IMG/VR virus record: IMGVR_UViG_3300045988_122168 | Reading direction: 5' to 3' (one strand) | Source: a virus | Length of the DNA stretch: 64,000 nucleotides | Part shown: piece after piece, positions 16,271 through 26,160 of the stretch | Layout: each line of letters opens with the position of its first letter | Numbering within the stretch: the stretch's first letter is position 1 | Made by a program: the position numbers and the translations under genes | The notes under the pieces: generated by a model | What the model was told of the DNA's origin: nothing | The model's database searches: none | Seen by the model: only the letters and a program-made list of their open reading frames with translations

Positions 16271-16880
16271 CTGGAAGATAGCGATAGCGTGGATAGCGAC
16301 CGTGCTGGTGGTGTTCATCATCTCGAACCTAGCAAGTCGGAACCGAGAGGTGGGGGGAGAGGTGTATAACGCCAAGGCGATGGAAGATTCCATCAGGCTT
16401 TACAAGGACCGGTATAACCGGGAGGTGGCGGAGAAGCTATCCATGTTATCGGTTTCCAGCAAGGTGCTAGAGGAGAACGATTCCCTGAAACAGTTGATCA
16501 AGGGGATGAAGCCGGAATTCATCGTCAAGGTGAACACCGTGTACAGGGATACCGGAACGATAAAATTTGATACCGTTTACAGGAACGTGTACATCCCGTT
16601 TCATGACAGGAACAAGTACAGGTACATCTCCGGAACGGTGATGGAAGATGGCATTCACTTCGATAACTTCGAGGTGTACGCCTCCCAGTATTTGGTTTCC
16701 GGCAAGAGGAAGAAGTTCATGGGTAGCACCGAGTACATCGTGAGGGTGGTTAACGAGAACCCGTACGTTACCACCACCGCCATTCAGCCCCTCGTCATAA
16801 AGGAGAGGGACCGGTGGTACGAGAAATGGTGGGTGTGGGGATTGGCAGGATTAGCGGGTGGAATTTTAATAAGTAAATAA
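16260..16880 (+). CDS. membrane-anchored hypothetical protein (206 aa)
   Basis: Hydrophobic N-terminal (IAIAWIATVLVVFIISNL) and C-terminal (WWVWGLAGLAGGILI) segments. No other motif. Confidence 0.6.
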   Translation: MKNNWKIAIAWIATVLVVFIISNLASRNREVGGEVYNAKAMEDSIRLYKDRYNREVAEKLSMLSVSSKVLEENDSLKQLIKGMKPEFIVKVNTVYRDTGTIKFDTVYRNVYIPFHDRNKYRYISGTVMEDGIHFDNFEVYASQYLVSGKRKKFMGSTEYIVRVVNENPYVTTTAIQPLVIKERDRWYEKWWVWGLAGLAGGILISK

Positions 16881-16897
16881 GAATTGTTTAATAAAAA

Positions 16898-17006
16898 CCG
16901 GTGGTACACCGGGGTTCGGACGTGGAGGTTCCAACTATGGATGACCGTCAAGAGATTGACCTAAAAAGTAGCGTTCCTGTGAAGCGTCAATATAAATACA
17001 AGTACC
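16898..17006 (+). ncRNA. repeated ~110-nt structured RNA element, copy C
   Basis: Same core as the other copies. 5' hairpin is CCGGU[GGUAC]ACCGG and the 3' tail is GUACC, so the loop and tail changes are mutually compensatory. Lacks the GAAA 3' hairpin. Ends 12 nt before the ATG at 17019. Confidence 0.6.
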
Positions 17007-17018
17007 TGATTATTTAAA

Positions 17019-17294
17019 ATGGAATTGAGAGAATTTAGCTACATGGATAACGGCAGGAAGTTATGTTTCCGGGTGGGACAATCGCTGTCGTTCACGTCAC
17101 GGGGTGGGGGTTTAACGAGCATGGTCATACACTCGATCAAGAAGGAGCGCCTTAAAAACCGTGACAAGATAACCATACACGTCCGGGAGAAGGACGGCAA
17201 CGAGGCGGTGGTGTGGAAGGAGATATACCGTCACGATGACGGGAGTTTAACCATTGACGTGAGCGATTATGAAAAGGAACTTGAAAGGGATTAA
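17019..17294 (+). CDS. hypothetical protein (91 aa)
   Basis: ATG ORF immediately after element copy C. First gene of the packaging operon, so it could be a small terminase subunit by position only. Confidence 0.55.
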   Translation: MELREFSYMDNGRKLCFRVGQSLSFTSRGGGLTSMVIHSIKKERLKNRDKITIHVREKDGNEAVVWKEIYRHDDGSLTIDVSDYEKELERD

Positions 17295-17859
17295 CGGGGT
17301 GATCGTTCACGTCCCCGAGACGTACGAGACTACCATAACCGCCCCCGGTGGAACCAAGTTTTACGTGAACAACACGATAGATGACATGACATATGTCGTG
17401 AGACACGGGGAGGTGGTAACGTCATCCGATCCTAGAATAAAGGCCGGGGACATCGCTTACTTTCACCATAACATGGTTAAGCGCCGTAGCGTGGAGTACG
17501 TGGACGGGAAGGTGGGTAGCAGTAACGAGCTATTCGATGACATGTTCATCATCCCGGTGGAGTTCATATACCTCGTGAAGAGGGGGGAAGATCATCTAGC
17601 GATTGACCCGTGGTGCTACGTGTCCCCCGTCCTCAACGACAAGTTCAAGGAGGGTAGCTTCGAGATAGCGAACGCCGGCAAGTACAAGAAGCAGCACGGG
17701 GTCATGGTATACTCTAACGACTCGTTACGAGAACAAGGGGTAAACGATGGTTCACCCGTCGTGTTCAACCTTGACTCGGAGTACGAGTTCAAGATAGATG
17801 ACCGGGTGCTGTACAGGATGAAAACGCCGTGGATAATAGGAGAGCTTGAAGATGAGTGA
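17269..17859 (+). CDS. hypothetical protein (196 aa)
   Basis: ATG ORF overlapping both neighbours (26 nt and 8 nt). No motif recognised. Confidence 0.6.
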   Translation: MKRNLKGINGVIVHVPETYETTITAPGGTKFYVNNTIDDMTYVVRHGEVVTSSDPRIKAGDIAYFHHNMVKRRSVEYVDGKVGSSNELFDDMFIIPVEFIYLVKRGEDHLAIDPWCYVSPVLNDKFKEGSFEIANAGKYKKQHGVMVYSNDSLREQGVNDGSPVVFNLDSEYEFKIDDRVLYRMKTPWIIGELEDE

Positions 17860-20464
17860 CGACAGATTCATACAATCGTGCAAGATCGCCGTGGGAGAAC
17901 TGATGAAGGTTATCACGGCGGACATCGACACGGCCGTAATGGAGAAGGAAACCACCGTCAAGAACGCCATTAAATTAAAGAAGAAAGCGATAACTAGCTG
18001 CAAGAACATGCTTGGTTCCATCCTGAATCATGACAGGAAACAGGAGAAGTGGGTTCGAGCGACGCTAGACAAGATAGTAGAATCCAGCCAAGGGGTGGTG
18101 GAATCCCTCTACTCCGGGTTGGAAGATGTCGTGATGAGTAATGACGTTATCGGTAACGATGCCGATAGCATATCTACCATGATAGACACCAAGCTAGTAG
18201 CCTTCAACGATGTGATGGAGATAGAGGACATCGTTCATGACGTGAAGAGCAAGCTGGAAGAAGAAGACATCATGCTTGAAGAGAGCGATTACAAGGGAGG
18301 GTACGCCGAGAAATACGCTGACAAGTTCGCCAAGATGAAGGACAGGTCAGGGTATCGTGCCGACATTGATGCCGTGGTGATAGACCCGGAAGGCACGGTG
18401 GGGGAGATCATCGAGATAAACGATATAAGAATAGCCCTCCCCAAGAAACCTCTCAAGGCGGATATTGACTGGGGGAAGAGATTCAGGCAAGACCAGTTCT
18501 GGCGCAGGCAAGCACCTCCCAAGGAGCTGACTTCCCGCACGGCCAAGAAACACGAGGATTACATAGATTCCGAGTACATGAAGAAACGGAACGGGTACTG
18601 GTTCATGAATAACGGTGAGGCCACGTACATAACCGGCGCCCACTGGTTCATGATGACCCATTGCTACACGGGAGCGGACGGGGGGTATTACTACTACTCC
18701 GCCGCCCAGAGGAAGTTGTTCCTGTTTCTTGAAGCCATGTACAGGGATAACCGGTGTCTAGGTATCATTCTGGAAAAGATTCGTCGTTTCGGGGCAACGG
18801 ACTGTATCATGGCGTTCATACTTTGCAAGACGATAGAGCAAAGAAACAAGCTGACCGGGATGACTTCCAAGACGGATACCGACGCCAAGTCCAACTTCGT
18901 GAGGCTCACTACCATGTTCTCGCGCCTCCCGTTCTACTTCAAGCCCATGTGCATGGACGAGAAATCCAAGTCTGAACTGGAATTCGCCCAGCCGGGTAAC
19001 AAGCTCAAGAAGGCGGGACAGGAGAAGGAAATAGTGGACGTGGCGTTGAATACACGCATAAACTTCCGCCCCACCAACGAGTCAAGTTACGACGGTGAGG
19101 CTTTGCTTTTCTACTTCGGTGACGAGTTCAGCAAGTGGAAGAAACAGAACGGTAACACGTTAACTCACTTCACGATGGTGAGAAAATGTCTCACTAAAGG
19201 TCGTCGTATTACTGGGAAGGCTATCCTTATTTCCACCGTGGAGTTCATGACCGGGAAGGACGCCAACGATCCCGAGGCCTTGGCGGGGGACAGGTACAAG
19301 TACTTGTACTACAACTCCGATCCGAGAAAACGTGACGGTAACGGGCAGACTGTTACCAACCTGTACAAGATATTCATAAGCTGTTTCGAGCATTACGAGG
19401 GGTTTATTGACAAGTACGGGAACATGATAGTCGATGACCCTAAATCACCGGTGAGAACGATGGACGGGGAGAACATGTCGATAGGCGTCAAGACGTACTT
19501 GAGCAACGTGGACGAGGCTTTAAAGAATAACCCGAAGCAATTGCTAGAAGAACACAGGAAGAACCCCCGCACCGAGGAGGACGGGTTCAAGCTAGCCCTT
19601 AACATGTGCATGTTCAATCAAGCCAACATACTGGCCCAGATAAAGCACAACGATAACATGGATGGAACTCATCTCCGGAGGGGAAACTTCGAGTGGTATC
19701 AAGGGGTTGCGGATAGTGGACACGTCATCTTTATCGACAAGCCGGATGGACGGTTTCTGGTTAGCTGGATACCCGAGGAAGGCCTCAAGAATAACGTGAA
19801 ATTCGAGAACGGGTTGTGGTTGCCGCTTAACAGGCATATAGGTAACTTCGGCATAGACCCGTACCGTGTTAACAAGACCGTGGACGGGAAGGGATCAAAG
19901 GGAGCGATACACGGGTTCTCCGGCATAAACTCTTCCGGGGCGCCCAACTTCAACTTCTTCCTAGAATACATAAACAGGCCGGATTCCAAGGAGATATTCT
20001 TCGAGGACGCCATCAAGGCGATGGTGTTCTACGGGATGCCCGCCCTCATAGAGAACAACGTCAACAACCTCATAGACGAGATGTATCGCAGGGGTTACAG
20101 GAAGTTCTCCATGACAAGAACGGACAAGGAACGGGACAAGCTGTCCGAAGACGAGAGGGTGAGGGGTGGTATGCCTTCCACGTCCGAGAACGTGTCGCAG
20201 ATGATAAACGCCGCCATCGAGTCGTTCGTGGAGAACAACGTTGGTAGCTCCGAGATGTATTTTAACGCCACGCTAGAAGACTGGCTGGCTTTCGATGACA
20301 AGAACAGGACGAAACGTGACGCCTCCATATCGTCAGCCTACGCTCTCATAGGATGCACTCGCAAGAAGAGACGCAAGGTGGAAGCGATTGAACCGGTGCC
20401 AACGAGACCCATGTTCAGGATATACGAGAATGTTGGAACTTATGGAAAGTTAAAAAATGGATAA
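17852..20464 (+). CDS. terL: terminase large subunit
   Basis: ATG 17852 (track start 17846 is TTG). Walker-A-like EKIRRFGATD, Walker B LLFYFGDEF, and an RNaseH-type nuclease region around FGIDPYRV. Overlaps the portal-sized gene. ~250-aa N-terminal extension. Confidence 0.72.
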   Translation: MSDDRFIQSCKIAVGELMKVITADIDTAVMEKETTVKNAIKLKKKAITSCKNMLGSILNHDRKQEKWVRATLDKIVESSQGVVESLYSGLEDVVMSNDVIGNDADSISTMIDTKLVAFNDVMEIEDIVHDVKSKLEEEDIMLEESDYKGGYAEKYADKFAKMKDRSGYRADIDAVVIDPEGTVGEIIEINDIRIALPKKPLKADIDWGKRFRQDQFWRRQAPPKELTSRTAKKHEDYIDSEYMKKRNGYWFMNNGEATYITGAHWFMMTHCYTGADGGYYYYSAAQRKLFLFLEAMYRDNRCLGIILEKIRRFGATDCIMAFILCKTIEQRNKLTGMTSKTDTDAKSNFVRLTTMFSRLPFYFKPMCMDEKSKSELEFAQPGNKLKKAGQEKEIVDVALNTRINFRPTNESSYDGEALLFYFGDEFSKWKKQNGNTLTHFTMVRKCLTKGRRITGKAILISTVEFMTGKDANDPEALAGDRYKYLYYNSDPRKRDGNGQTVTNLYKIFISCFEHYEGFIDKYGNMIVDDPKSPVRTMDGENMSIGVKTYLSNVDEALKNNPKQLLEEHRKNPRTEEDGFKLALNMCMFNQANILAQIKHNDNMDGTHLRRGNFEWYQGVADSGHVIFIDKPDGRFLVSWIPEEGLKNNVKFENGLWLPLNRHIGNFGIDPYRVNKTVDGKGSKGAIHGFSGINSSGAPNFNFFLEYINRPDSKEIFFEDAIKAMVFYGMPALIENNVNNLIDEMYRRGYRKFSMTRTDKERDKLSEDERVRGGMPSTSENVSQMINAAIESFVENNVGSSEMYFNATLEDWLAFDDKNRTKRDASISSAYALIGCTRKKRRKVEAIEPVPTRPMFRIYENVGTYGKLKNG

Positions 20465-22862
20465 ACAAAGAAGAAACGTCACGATCCCGAACAGGGAGGC
20501 TTCCAACGAGGAGAAGGAAAGCAAGGATTACGGGTTAGAATACGCCCGGTACATAGAGTTCGAGTGGATCACGGGCAACGATTACGCCAGCAGGAAGAAG
20601 AAGTTCGAGGAACTGGAAGCGCTTCGAGACAACGAGGTGGATATTGACCGGTTCAAGAACATGCTTAACATCCCGAAAGATCAGGCTTACCTGTCGCTCA
20701 ACTGGGAGTTCACGTCCGTGGTTCCAAAGTTCGTTAACGTGGTGAAGGACAGTTTCCCCGCCGACATGTTTAAGATAAAGACCAAGGGCGTGGACATCAT
20801 GTCAAGGGAAGAGCGGAACATGTATCGAAAGAGACTTGAAACCGAGATGCTAACCAAGGATTTCACCCAAGAGATGACGATAGCCACCGGTATCAACTTC
20901 GTGCCGGATTACGTGCCGGATTCCAAGGAAGAGCTGGACCTTCACATGCAACTGGAATACAGGCAGAAAAAAGAGATAGCCTCGGAAATCATCATTAACA
21001 GGGCGTTTGACTTGAATTATTTCAGGGAGGTTCAAAACAGGATCGCCGAGGACTTGGTAACGATAGGAGAGGCCGCCGTGCGGGTGGAGGCAGATCCGAA
21101 CTACGGGGTCATCATGAGAAGGGTAGACTGCAAGAACCTTCTTCACTCGTACGACCCCCTCTACACCCGTGACAAGAAGGGATGTTACTACTTCGCCGAG
21201 ATGATGGAGATGACAGCCGGCGAGATCGTGAGAAAGAGCCGTGGAGAGGTATCGTACGGTCAACTGGCTAGGGGGGTGGGAGATAGAAGGTTCAAGCCTG
21301 ACGAGGTGGCTAACGAGGACGACTTGTTCACCGTGATGTACTTCACGTTCAAGACCACGATGGACGAGGTGTTCAAGCGCAAGCGCAACAACCTTATACC
21401 CAAGGACAGGGATTACGTCCTTCCGAAAGAATCATCTTCTAGGATGATAAAAGGTAAATACGACGTGTGGTTCGAGGGGTACTACGTGCTTGGCATGAAC
21501 CTCGTGTTCAATTACCACATGATGCGAGACATGATCAGGCCGGTGAATAACGCTAACACGGTAATGCCACCGTACATCATGTACGAGCTAACGGTTCCCT
21601 CTATCGTGGAGAACTTGAAGTCTTACGCCGAGGATATACACCTTATAGTATTGAAACTTAGACACTTGATTTCCAAGATGAAACCTGACATGTTCGAGAT
21701 CAACGTGGACGCATTGATGAACATAGACATCGGTACCGGTGCCAAGCTCACCCCCTCCGACGTGCTGGACATGATGTACCAGACGGGAGCCTTGCTGTAC
21801 AAGGGAACGGCTTACGACGACGATCAAATATTACAGGGTAACATCCTTCGTAACATACCGACGTCTGACGGGCAGAAGCTCATGCAGCTTATCAACGCCT
21901 ACAACCAGAACATGAACATGTGCTACGAGGTTACCGGCGTTAACAGGGTACGTGACGGGTCCGCACCGCTTAACGGGGCGCTAGTTGGAACGCAACAGAT
22001 GGCCCTTAACATGAGTAACACCGCCACCAAGCACATCTTCGAGGGACTCATGTCCATAAAGAAGGGGACGGGGGAGGTTAGCCTTAACAGGGCGCAACAG
22101 ATGTCGATGTACAAGGAATCGTTCTCCGATGACGTGATGTCTTACTTGCTGGAAGATGACGTTATCGACGACTACAAGACCCTGTACAAGTACAATCTTG
22201 ACGTGATCGTTGAAGTCGCCCCCGATGCCGAGGAAAAGGCTAAACTGGATCAGGTGATACTCGCCGCCGTTCAGGCCGGGCAGATCACCCTCGCCGATAG
22301 GATGGACATCCTGTCTATCGACAACATCAAGATGGCGTCCAAGTACTTGAAGGTCATCATGAAGAAACGTCAGGACGAGGCGTTCCAGAAACAGAAGGAG
22401 ATGGAGGCGATGAAGACCCAGATGCAGGCGCAGGCGCAGGTTGCCGTCGAGCAGCAGAAACAGCAATCCCTGATGATGGAAATCCAGGCCAAGGGTCAGG
22501 AATTACAGTTCAAGACTCAATCGGAGATACAGATAAACGAGAAGAAGGTGGAGGGGGAGATCATACTGGAACGTGTTAAACACCAGTTGCGGATGCAGGA
22601 GCTAGGCTTGCAGGCACGTGTGACTGCCGAGTCGAACCAGTACAAGGAACAGGCCAAGGATGCCCGCACATACAAGCAAGCGCAACAACAGAGCGCCATG
22701 ATCAACCAGAGACAGAGGGGAGGCCCGACTATACCGTTCGAGAGCATGAACGCCATGCAGGACGTTCAAGCCGCCCCGCCCGTCGAGATTCCACCGATGG
22801 AAGAAGTTAACCAAACGCAAAATTATACAGGAGATGGCACCACCGAAGAAGGACAGGTCTGA
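20457..22862 (+). CDS. portal protein (801 aa)
   Basis: Follows terL with an 8-nt overlap. Size, position and a Q/E/K-rich C-terminal coiled tail fit a portal. No direct motif proof. Confidence 0.6.
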   Translation: MDKQRRNVTIPNREASNEEKESKDYGLEYARYIEFEWITGNDYASRKKKFEELEALRDNEVDIDRFKNMLNIPKDQAYLSLNWEFTSVVPKFVNVVKDSFPADMFKIKTKGVDIMSREERNMYRKRLETEMLTKDFTQEMTIATGINFVPDYVPDSKEELDLHMQLEYRQKKEIASEIIINRAFDLNYFREVQNRIAEDLVTIGEAAVRVEADPNYGVIMRRVDCKNLLHSYDPLYTRDKKGCYYFAEMMEMTAGEIVRKSRGEVSYGQLARGVGDRRFKPDEVANEDDLFTVMYFTFKTTMDEVFKRKRNNLIPKDRDYVLPKESSSRMIKGKYDVWFEGYYVLGMNLVFNYHMMRDMIRPVNNANTVMPPYIMYELTVPSIVENLKSYAEDIHLIVLKLRHLISKMKPDMFEINVDALMNIDIGTGAKLTPSDVLDMMYQTGALLYKGTAYDDDQILQGNILRNIPTSDGQKLMQLINAYNQNMNMCYEVTGVNRVRDGSAPLNGALVGTQQMALNMSNTATKHIFEGLMSIKKGTGEVSLNRAQQMSMYKESFSDDVMSYLLEDDVIDDYKTLYKYNLDVIVEVAPDAEEKAKLDQVILAAVQAGQITLADRMDILSIDNIKMASKYLKVIMKKRQDEAFQKQKEMEAMKTQMQAQAQVAVEQQKQQSLMMEIQAKGQELQFKTQSEIQINEKKVEGEIILERVKHQLRMQELGLQARVTAESNQYKEQAKDARTYKQAQQQSAMINQRQRGGPTIPFESMNAMQDVQAAPPVEIPPMEEVNQTQNYTGDGTTEEGQV

Positions 22863-23127
22863 ATTATCCAGGTCAGCCAAGTATTACCGGGATCACCCGG
22901 AGGCTAGGGAGAAGAAGAAAAAAACGGATACCGAGGTTAACCGCAGGCCGGAGCAAAGGAAGAAACGGTCAGAGCTTAGCCAGCGTAACCGTGAGCATGA
23001 CAAGAAGCACGGGAAATCATCTCGTGCTGGCAAGGACTACGATCACGCAACGAAACGGTACACGTCATCTTCCGCCAACCGTGGAAGGAAGAACGGTACC
23101 GCCGGTGACAGGAGGGCGAGGGGATGA
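22834..23127 (+). CDS. small highly basic protein (97 aa)
   Basis: ATG ORF rich in K/R (EAREKKKKTDTEVNRRPEQRKKRSELSQRNREHDKKHGK). Overlaps the portal 3' end by 29 nt. Confidence 0.5.
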   Translation: MAPPKKDRSELSRSAKYYRDHPEAREKKKKTDTEVNRRPEQRKKRSELSQRNREHDKKHGKSSRAGKDYDHATKRYTSSSANRGRKNGTAGDRRARG

Positions 23128-23465
23128 GAGGGAAATCTAAATACGGGAACGTCAAGTCGGGTGGTCACGCCTCGAAGAAGGAGGCCGCCCGTGCCGCCAC
23201 CCTCAAGCTACTGGAGAAGGCCGGCAAGATCAAGGACCTGCAAGAACAGGTCACTTACACGTTGATACCGGCACAGTTCGAGGGGGAGGGGAAGAACAGG
23301 CATTGCGTCGAGCTGGCTTGCAAGTACGTGGCCGATTTCGTGTACACCGACGTCGAGACGGGGGAAACCGTGGTGGAGGACACCAAGGGGTTCCGCACTG
23401 ACGTTTACAAGATAAAGCGCAAGCTGATGCTTAAAGTACATGGAATCAAGATAAAAGAGACGTAG
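23124..23465 (+). CDS. DUF1064-type small nuclease-fold protein (113 aa)
   Basis: Pattern KYGN.K...HASKKEA...L.LLEKAGKI.DL..Q..Y.L ... KYVADFVY...GETVVEDTKG.RT.VYKIK.KL is characteristic of DUF1064 phage proteins. Confidence 0.65.
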   Translation: MRGKSKYGNVKSGGHASKKEAARAATLKLLEKAGKIKDLQEQVTYTLIPAQFEGEGKNRHCVELACKYVADFVYTDVETGETVVEDTKGFRTDVYKIKRKLMLKVHGIKIKET

Positions 23466-23503
23466 AAAATCTTTTAACGTTTTGTTATTATAGATTTTAT
23501 CTA

Positions 23504-23511
23504 TATATTTG
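23504..23511 (+). promoter_or_regulatory. -7 promoter box TATATTTG upstream of scaffold and capsid genes
   Basis: Exact TATATTTG, 23 nt upstream of the ATG at 23535, in a 69-nt intergenic gap. Confidence 0.5.
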
Positions 23512-23534
23512 TGTAACAATTTAAATTAAATCGA

Positions 23535-24575
23535 ATGGCAAAATTGGATGAAATACTGAAGGATATAACTTTCAAGCCGGGAGAACAGGTCCCTGCCGTC
23601 AAGGAGGGAGAAACCGCGCCGGAACCGAAAGTTGAAGACGAGGCAGACGCCCCCACCCCCGAAAAGATGGAGGATGTCAACAAGGTCGATGATCAGGAAA
23701 TAGATTTCTCGAAGGTACCGGAAGAGAAAATACTGGGATACCTGGCCGGTAAGGTAGGTAAGGAAGTGAAGACGTGGGATGATCTGGTAGAGATTCGAGA
23801 GGTGGAAAAAGAGGTTGAGAAACCCGTTGATTACGCCAGTCCTGACGTGGCTAACATCGACAAGTTCGTCCGGGAAACCGGGAGGGGAGTGGACGATTAC
23901 TTCAAGGTACAGAAAGACTGGGACAACGAGCCTAACGAGAAAGTTGTCAAGGAGTACCTCAAGACTCAATACCCGTCACTAGACAAGGAGGATATTGAAG
24001 TCATGTATGAAGACTACTTCCAGACCGAGGAGGTGACCGAGGACATGCTAGATGACGAGAGAAAGGCAATTGACCGCAAGAACAGGTCAAAGCTGGTTAG
24101 CTTGAAGACCAAGGCCGAGGAAGCTAGAAAGTATTTTAACGCCCAGAAAGAGCAATACAAGACTCCTCTCAAGCGTGTGGAGGAAAACGTTGACAAGGGA
24201 AAAGAAGAATGGGTGAAGGGGGTGAAAGGAGCCTTGTCAAGTCTTGATAAGATCGAGATTGACGGTTTTAGTTACGAGATTCGTGACAAGTCGAGATACG
24301 ATAAAGTGTTCGACGGGATCGACTCGCTGCTGGGAACGTTCAAGAACGAGGACGGTACCTTCAATTACGGCAACCTGGTAAGAGTGATCACCGCCGGGAT
24401 GGAATTGCCGAAGATACTGGAAGAACACGCCAAGGCGGTGAAAGCTAATACCGTCGAGGAGGAAATGAAGAAGAAGTCCAACGCCACCACTGACGCCCCT
24501 AAACCGGGAGACGTCAAAGGTCCATCGGAGGACGAGTTCCTGAGGTTCCTCAAAGACAAGAACTTTATAAGATAG
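23535..24575 (+). CDS. scaffolding-like acidic protein (346 aa)
   Basis: Very E/D/K-rich, helical-looking sequence directly upstream of the capsid gene. Positional inference. Confidence 0.5.
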   Translation: MAKLDEILKDITFKPGEQVPAVKEGETAPEPKVEDEADAPTPEKMEDVNKVDDQEIDFSKVPEEKILGYLAGKVGKEVKTWDDLVEIREVEKEVEKPVDYASPDVANIDKFVRETGRGVDDYFKVQKDWDNEPNEKVVKEYLKTQYPSLDKEDIEVMYEDYFQTEEVTEDMLDDERKAIDRKNRSKLVSLKTKAEEARKYFNAQKEQYKTPLKRVEENVDKGKEEWVKGVKGALSSLDKIEIDGFSYEIRDKSRYDKVFDGIDSLLGTFKNEDGTFNYGNLVRVITAGMELPKILEEHAKAVKANTVEEEMKKKSNATTDAPKPGDVKGPSEDEFLRFLKDKNFIR

Positions 24576-24581
24576 AATATT

Positions 24582-25946
24582 ATGCTTACAAGTGTTACAT
24601 CAGATTTTTACCTTGATCCGAACATTAAAGTTCAACCGATCTCCGGTAACTACATGAGTCTATATGACTTCACTACCAAGTTTTACCCTTCATTGAAGGA
24701 CAGAATCATCGACCAGTACGGTAATCAAACGATCCGTGGGTTCCTTGATAAATACGCTCAAAAAGAGATGATCTCCGCCGACACCCAGTTCTTCGGGATG
24801 ACCGGACGTAGACGTAAATTGCTGGAAGGCGTGACCCGTGCCGGTGACGTGTTCACGATCGCCGCTCACACCATTCGTCCGAACGAGAACTTCATGGTTA
24901 TCGACAAGGCCGGCAAGAAAGTGAACTACGGTATCTGCGTGCCGGACGATTACGACGCTGGCAAGTTCACCGCTAAAACCTATGACGGTGCAGACTGGAC
25001 CGTTGGGACTACCGGGTTGACCATCATGGCTGCCGGTTACGAGTTCCAGAAGGGAACACCGGGTATGACCCGTGCCTTGACCCGTGAGGTTGAGATCGGT
25101 AGCACGTCCCTTATCATCGGCAAGGACATGTTCGAGATCAACGGTTCCGACATGTGCGACGCAACGTGGTTGAAAACCCCGGATGGAAACGCATTCTGGA
25201 CGAGCGCCGAGATCGAGGAGGCTAGAGAGAGAATGCTGGATCAAATGGAGATTCAAGCGTTCGTTGGGAAGAAAGCCGTTGACGCTTCTGACGCCAAGAC
25301 CGCAGGGTTCCGTGGTATCGAGGGAGTGTTCGACCAGATCAGAAACGGTGGTAACAGCTTCGAGGGCAACATCGCCGGTACTGCCGACATCGAGTCAATC
25401 ATCAAGCGTCTTGACAAGGTTAACGGCGAGACTTACAACTTGTTGTACTTGTCTACCGAGGCATCGTTGTCAATCGACAACTGGTTGGCTAAAGTTGGTG
25501 GGGCTGGTTCCGCTACATGGGGTTACTTCGATAACAAGCAACGCATGCTTGACTTCGGATTCGACGCATTCAAGATGGGTGGGTACGAGTTCTACAAGAC
25601 CACCTGGAAACTGTTGAAAGACCCGACCGTTTTGAACCCGGATAACTTCGCCGCAGAGAACCAAATCCACGGTATCATGGTACCGCTAGGACGTGCTTCT
25701 ATCACCACCGGTTACAACGGTGACTTGAGCGGGCAGAACAGCACGATCAACGCCCCGTACTTGACCAAGTTGTACAAGGGCATGCCGGGATACAGCCGTG
25801 AGCTTGTAACCACGTTCCACGGTTCACAGAACGTGCCGGACGCTACCAACACCTGGGACGTTTTCGGTATCGACTGGTTGTCTGAATGGGGATTGCGCTG
25901 CGTGGGATTGAAGAAATGGGCGATCTTCGAAGGCGTGTCAGCCTAG
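24582..25946 (+). CDS. major capsid protein (454 aa)
   Basis: Follows the scaffold-like gene and is itself followed by the strongest intrinsic terminator in the window. Size fits HK97-fold capsid proteins. No direct motif proof. Confidence 0.62.
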   Translation: MLTSVTSDFYLDPNIKVQPISGNYMSLYDFTTKFYPSLKDRIIDQYGNQTIRGFLDKYAQKEMISADTQFFGMTGRRRKLLEGVTRAGDVFTIAAHTIRPNENFMVIDKAGKKVNYGICVPDDYDAGKFTAKTYDGADWTVGTTGLTIMAAGYEFQKGTPGMTRALTREVEIGSTSLIIGKDMFEINGSDMCDATWLKTPDGNAFWTSAEIEEARERMLDQMEIQAFVGKKAVDASDAKTAGFRGIEGVFDQIRNGGNSFEGNIAGTADIESIIKRLDKVNGETYNLLYLSTEASLSIDNWLAKVGGAGSATWGYFDNKQRMLDFGFDAFKMGGYEFYKTTWKLLKDPTVLNPDNFAAENQIHGIMVPLGRASITTGYNGDLSGQNSTINAPYLTKLYKGMPGYSRELVTTFHGSQNVPDATNTWDVFGIDWLSEWGLRCVGLKKWAIFEGVSA

Positions 25947-25974
25947 GCTTAATTGATCTTAAATATTAAACCTC

Positions 25975-26010
25975 GGGGGAAGGGAATAATAACCCCTCCC
26001 CCATTTTATT
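25975..26010 (+). terminator. rho-independent terminator after the capsid gene
   Basis: GGGGGAAGGG (25975-25984) pairs with CCCCTCCCCC (25993-26002) with one mismatch. 8-nt loop, followed by ATTTTATTT. Confidence 0.7.
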
Positions 26011-26036
26011 TGAATCTGAATTTAATTAACAAAAAA

Positions 26037-26149
26037 CCGTTGGCACAACGGGGTTCGGACGTGGAGGTTCCAACTATGGATGACCGTCAAGAGATTGACC
26101 TAAAAAGTAGCGTTCCCGTGAAGCGTCAATACGTGAAAGCGTAAGTGCC
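26037..26149 (+). ncRNA. repeated ~110-nt structured RNA element, copy D
   Basis: 5' hairpin CCGUU[GGCAC]AACGG, GUCAA[GAGA]UUGAC, UACGU[GAAA]GCGUA, 3' GUGCC. Starts 27 nt after the capsid terminator and ends 11 nt before the ATG at 26161. Confidence 0.6.
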
Positions 26150-26160
26150 TCGAATCTAAT

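Noticed and set aside
25953-26144. 63-aa plus-strand ORF covering the capsid terminator and copy D.
   Set aside because: It is an artefact of a non-ATG start read through a terminator hairpin and the element. Only its last 22 codons correspond to the small frame discussed above.
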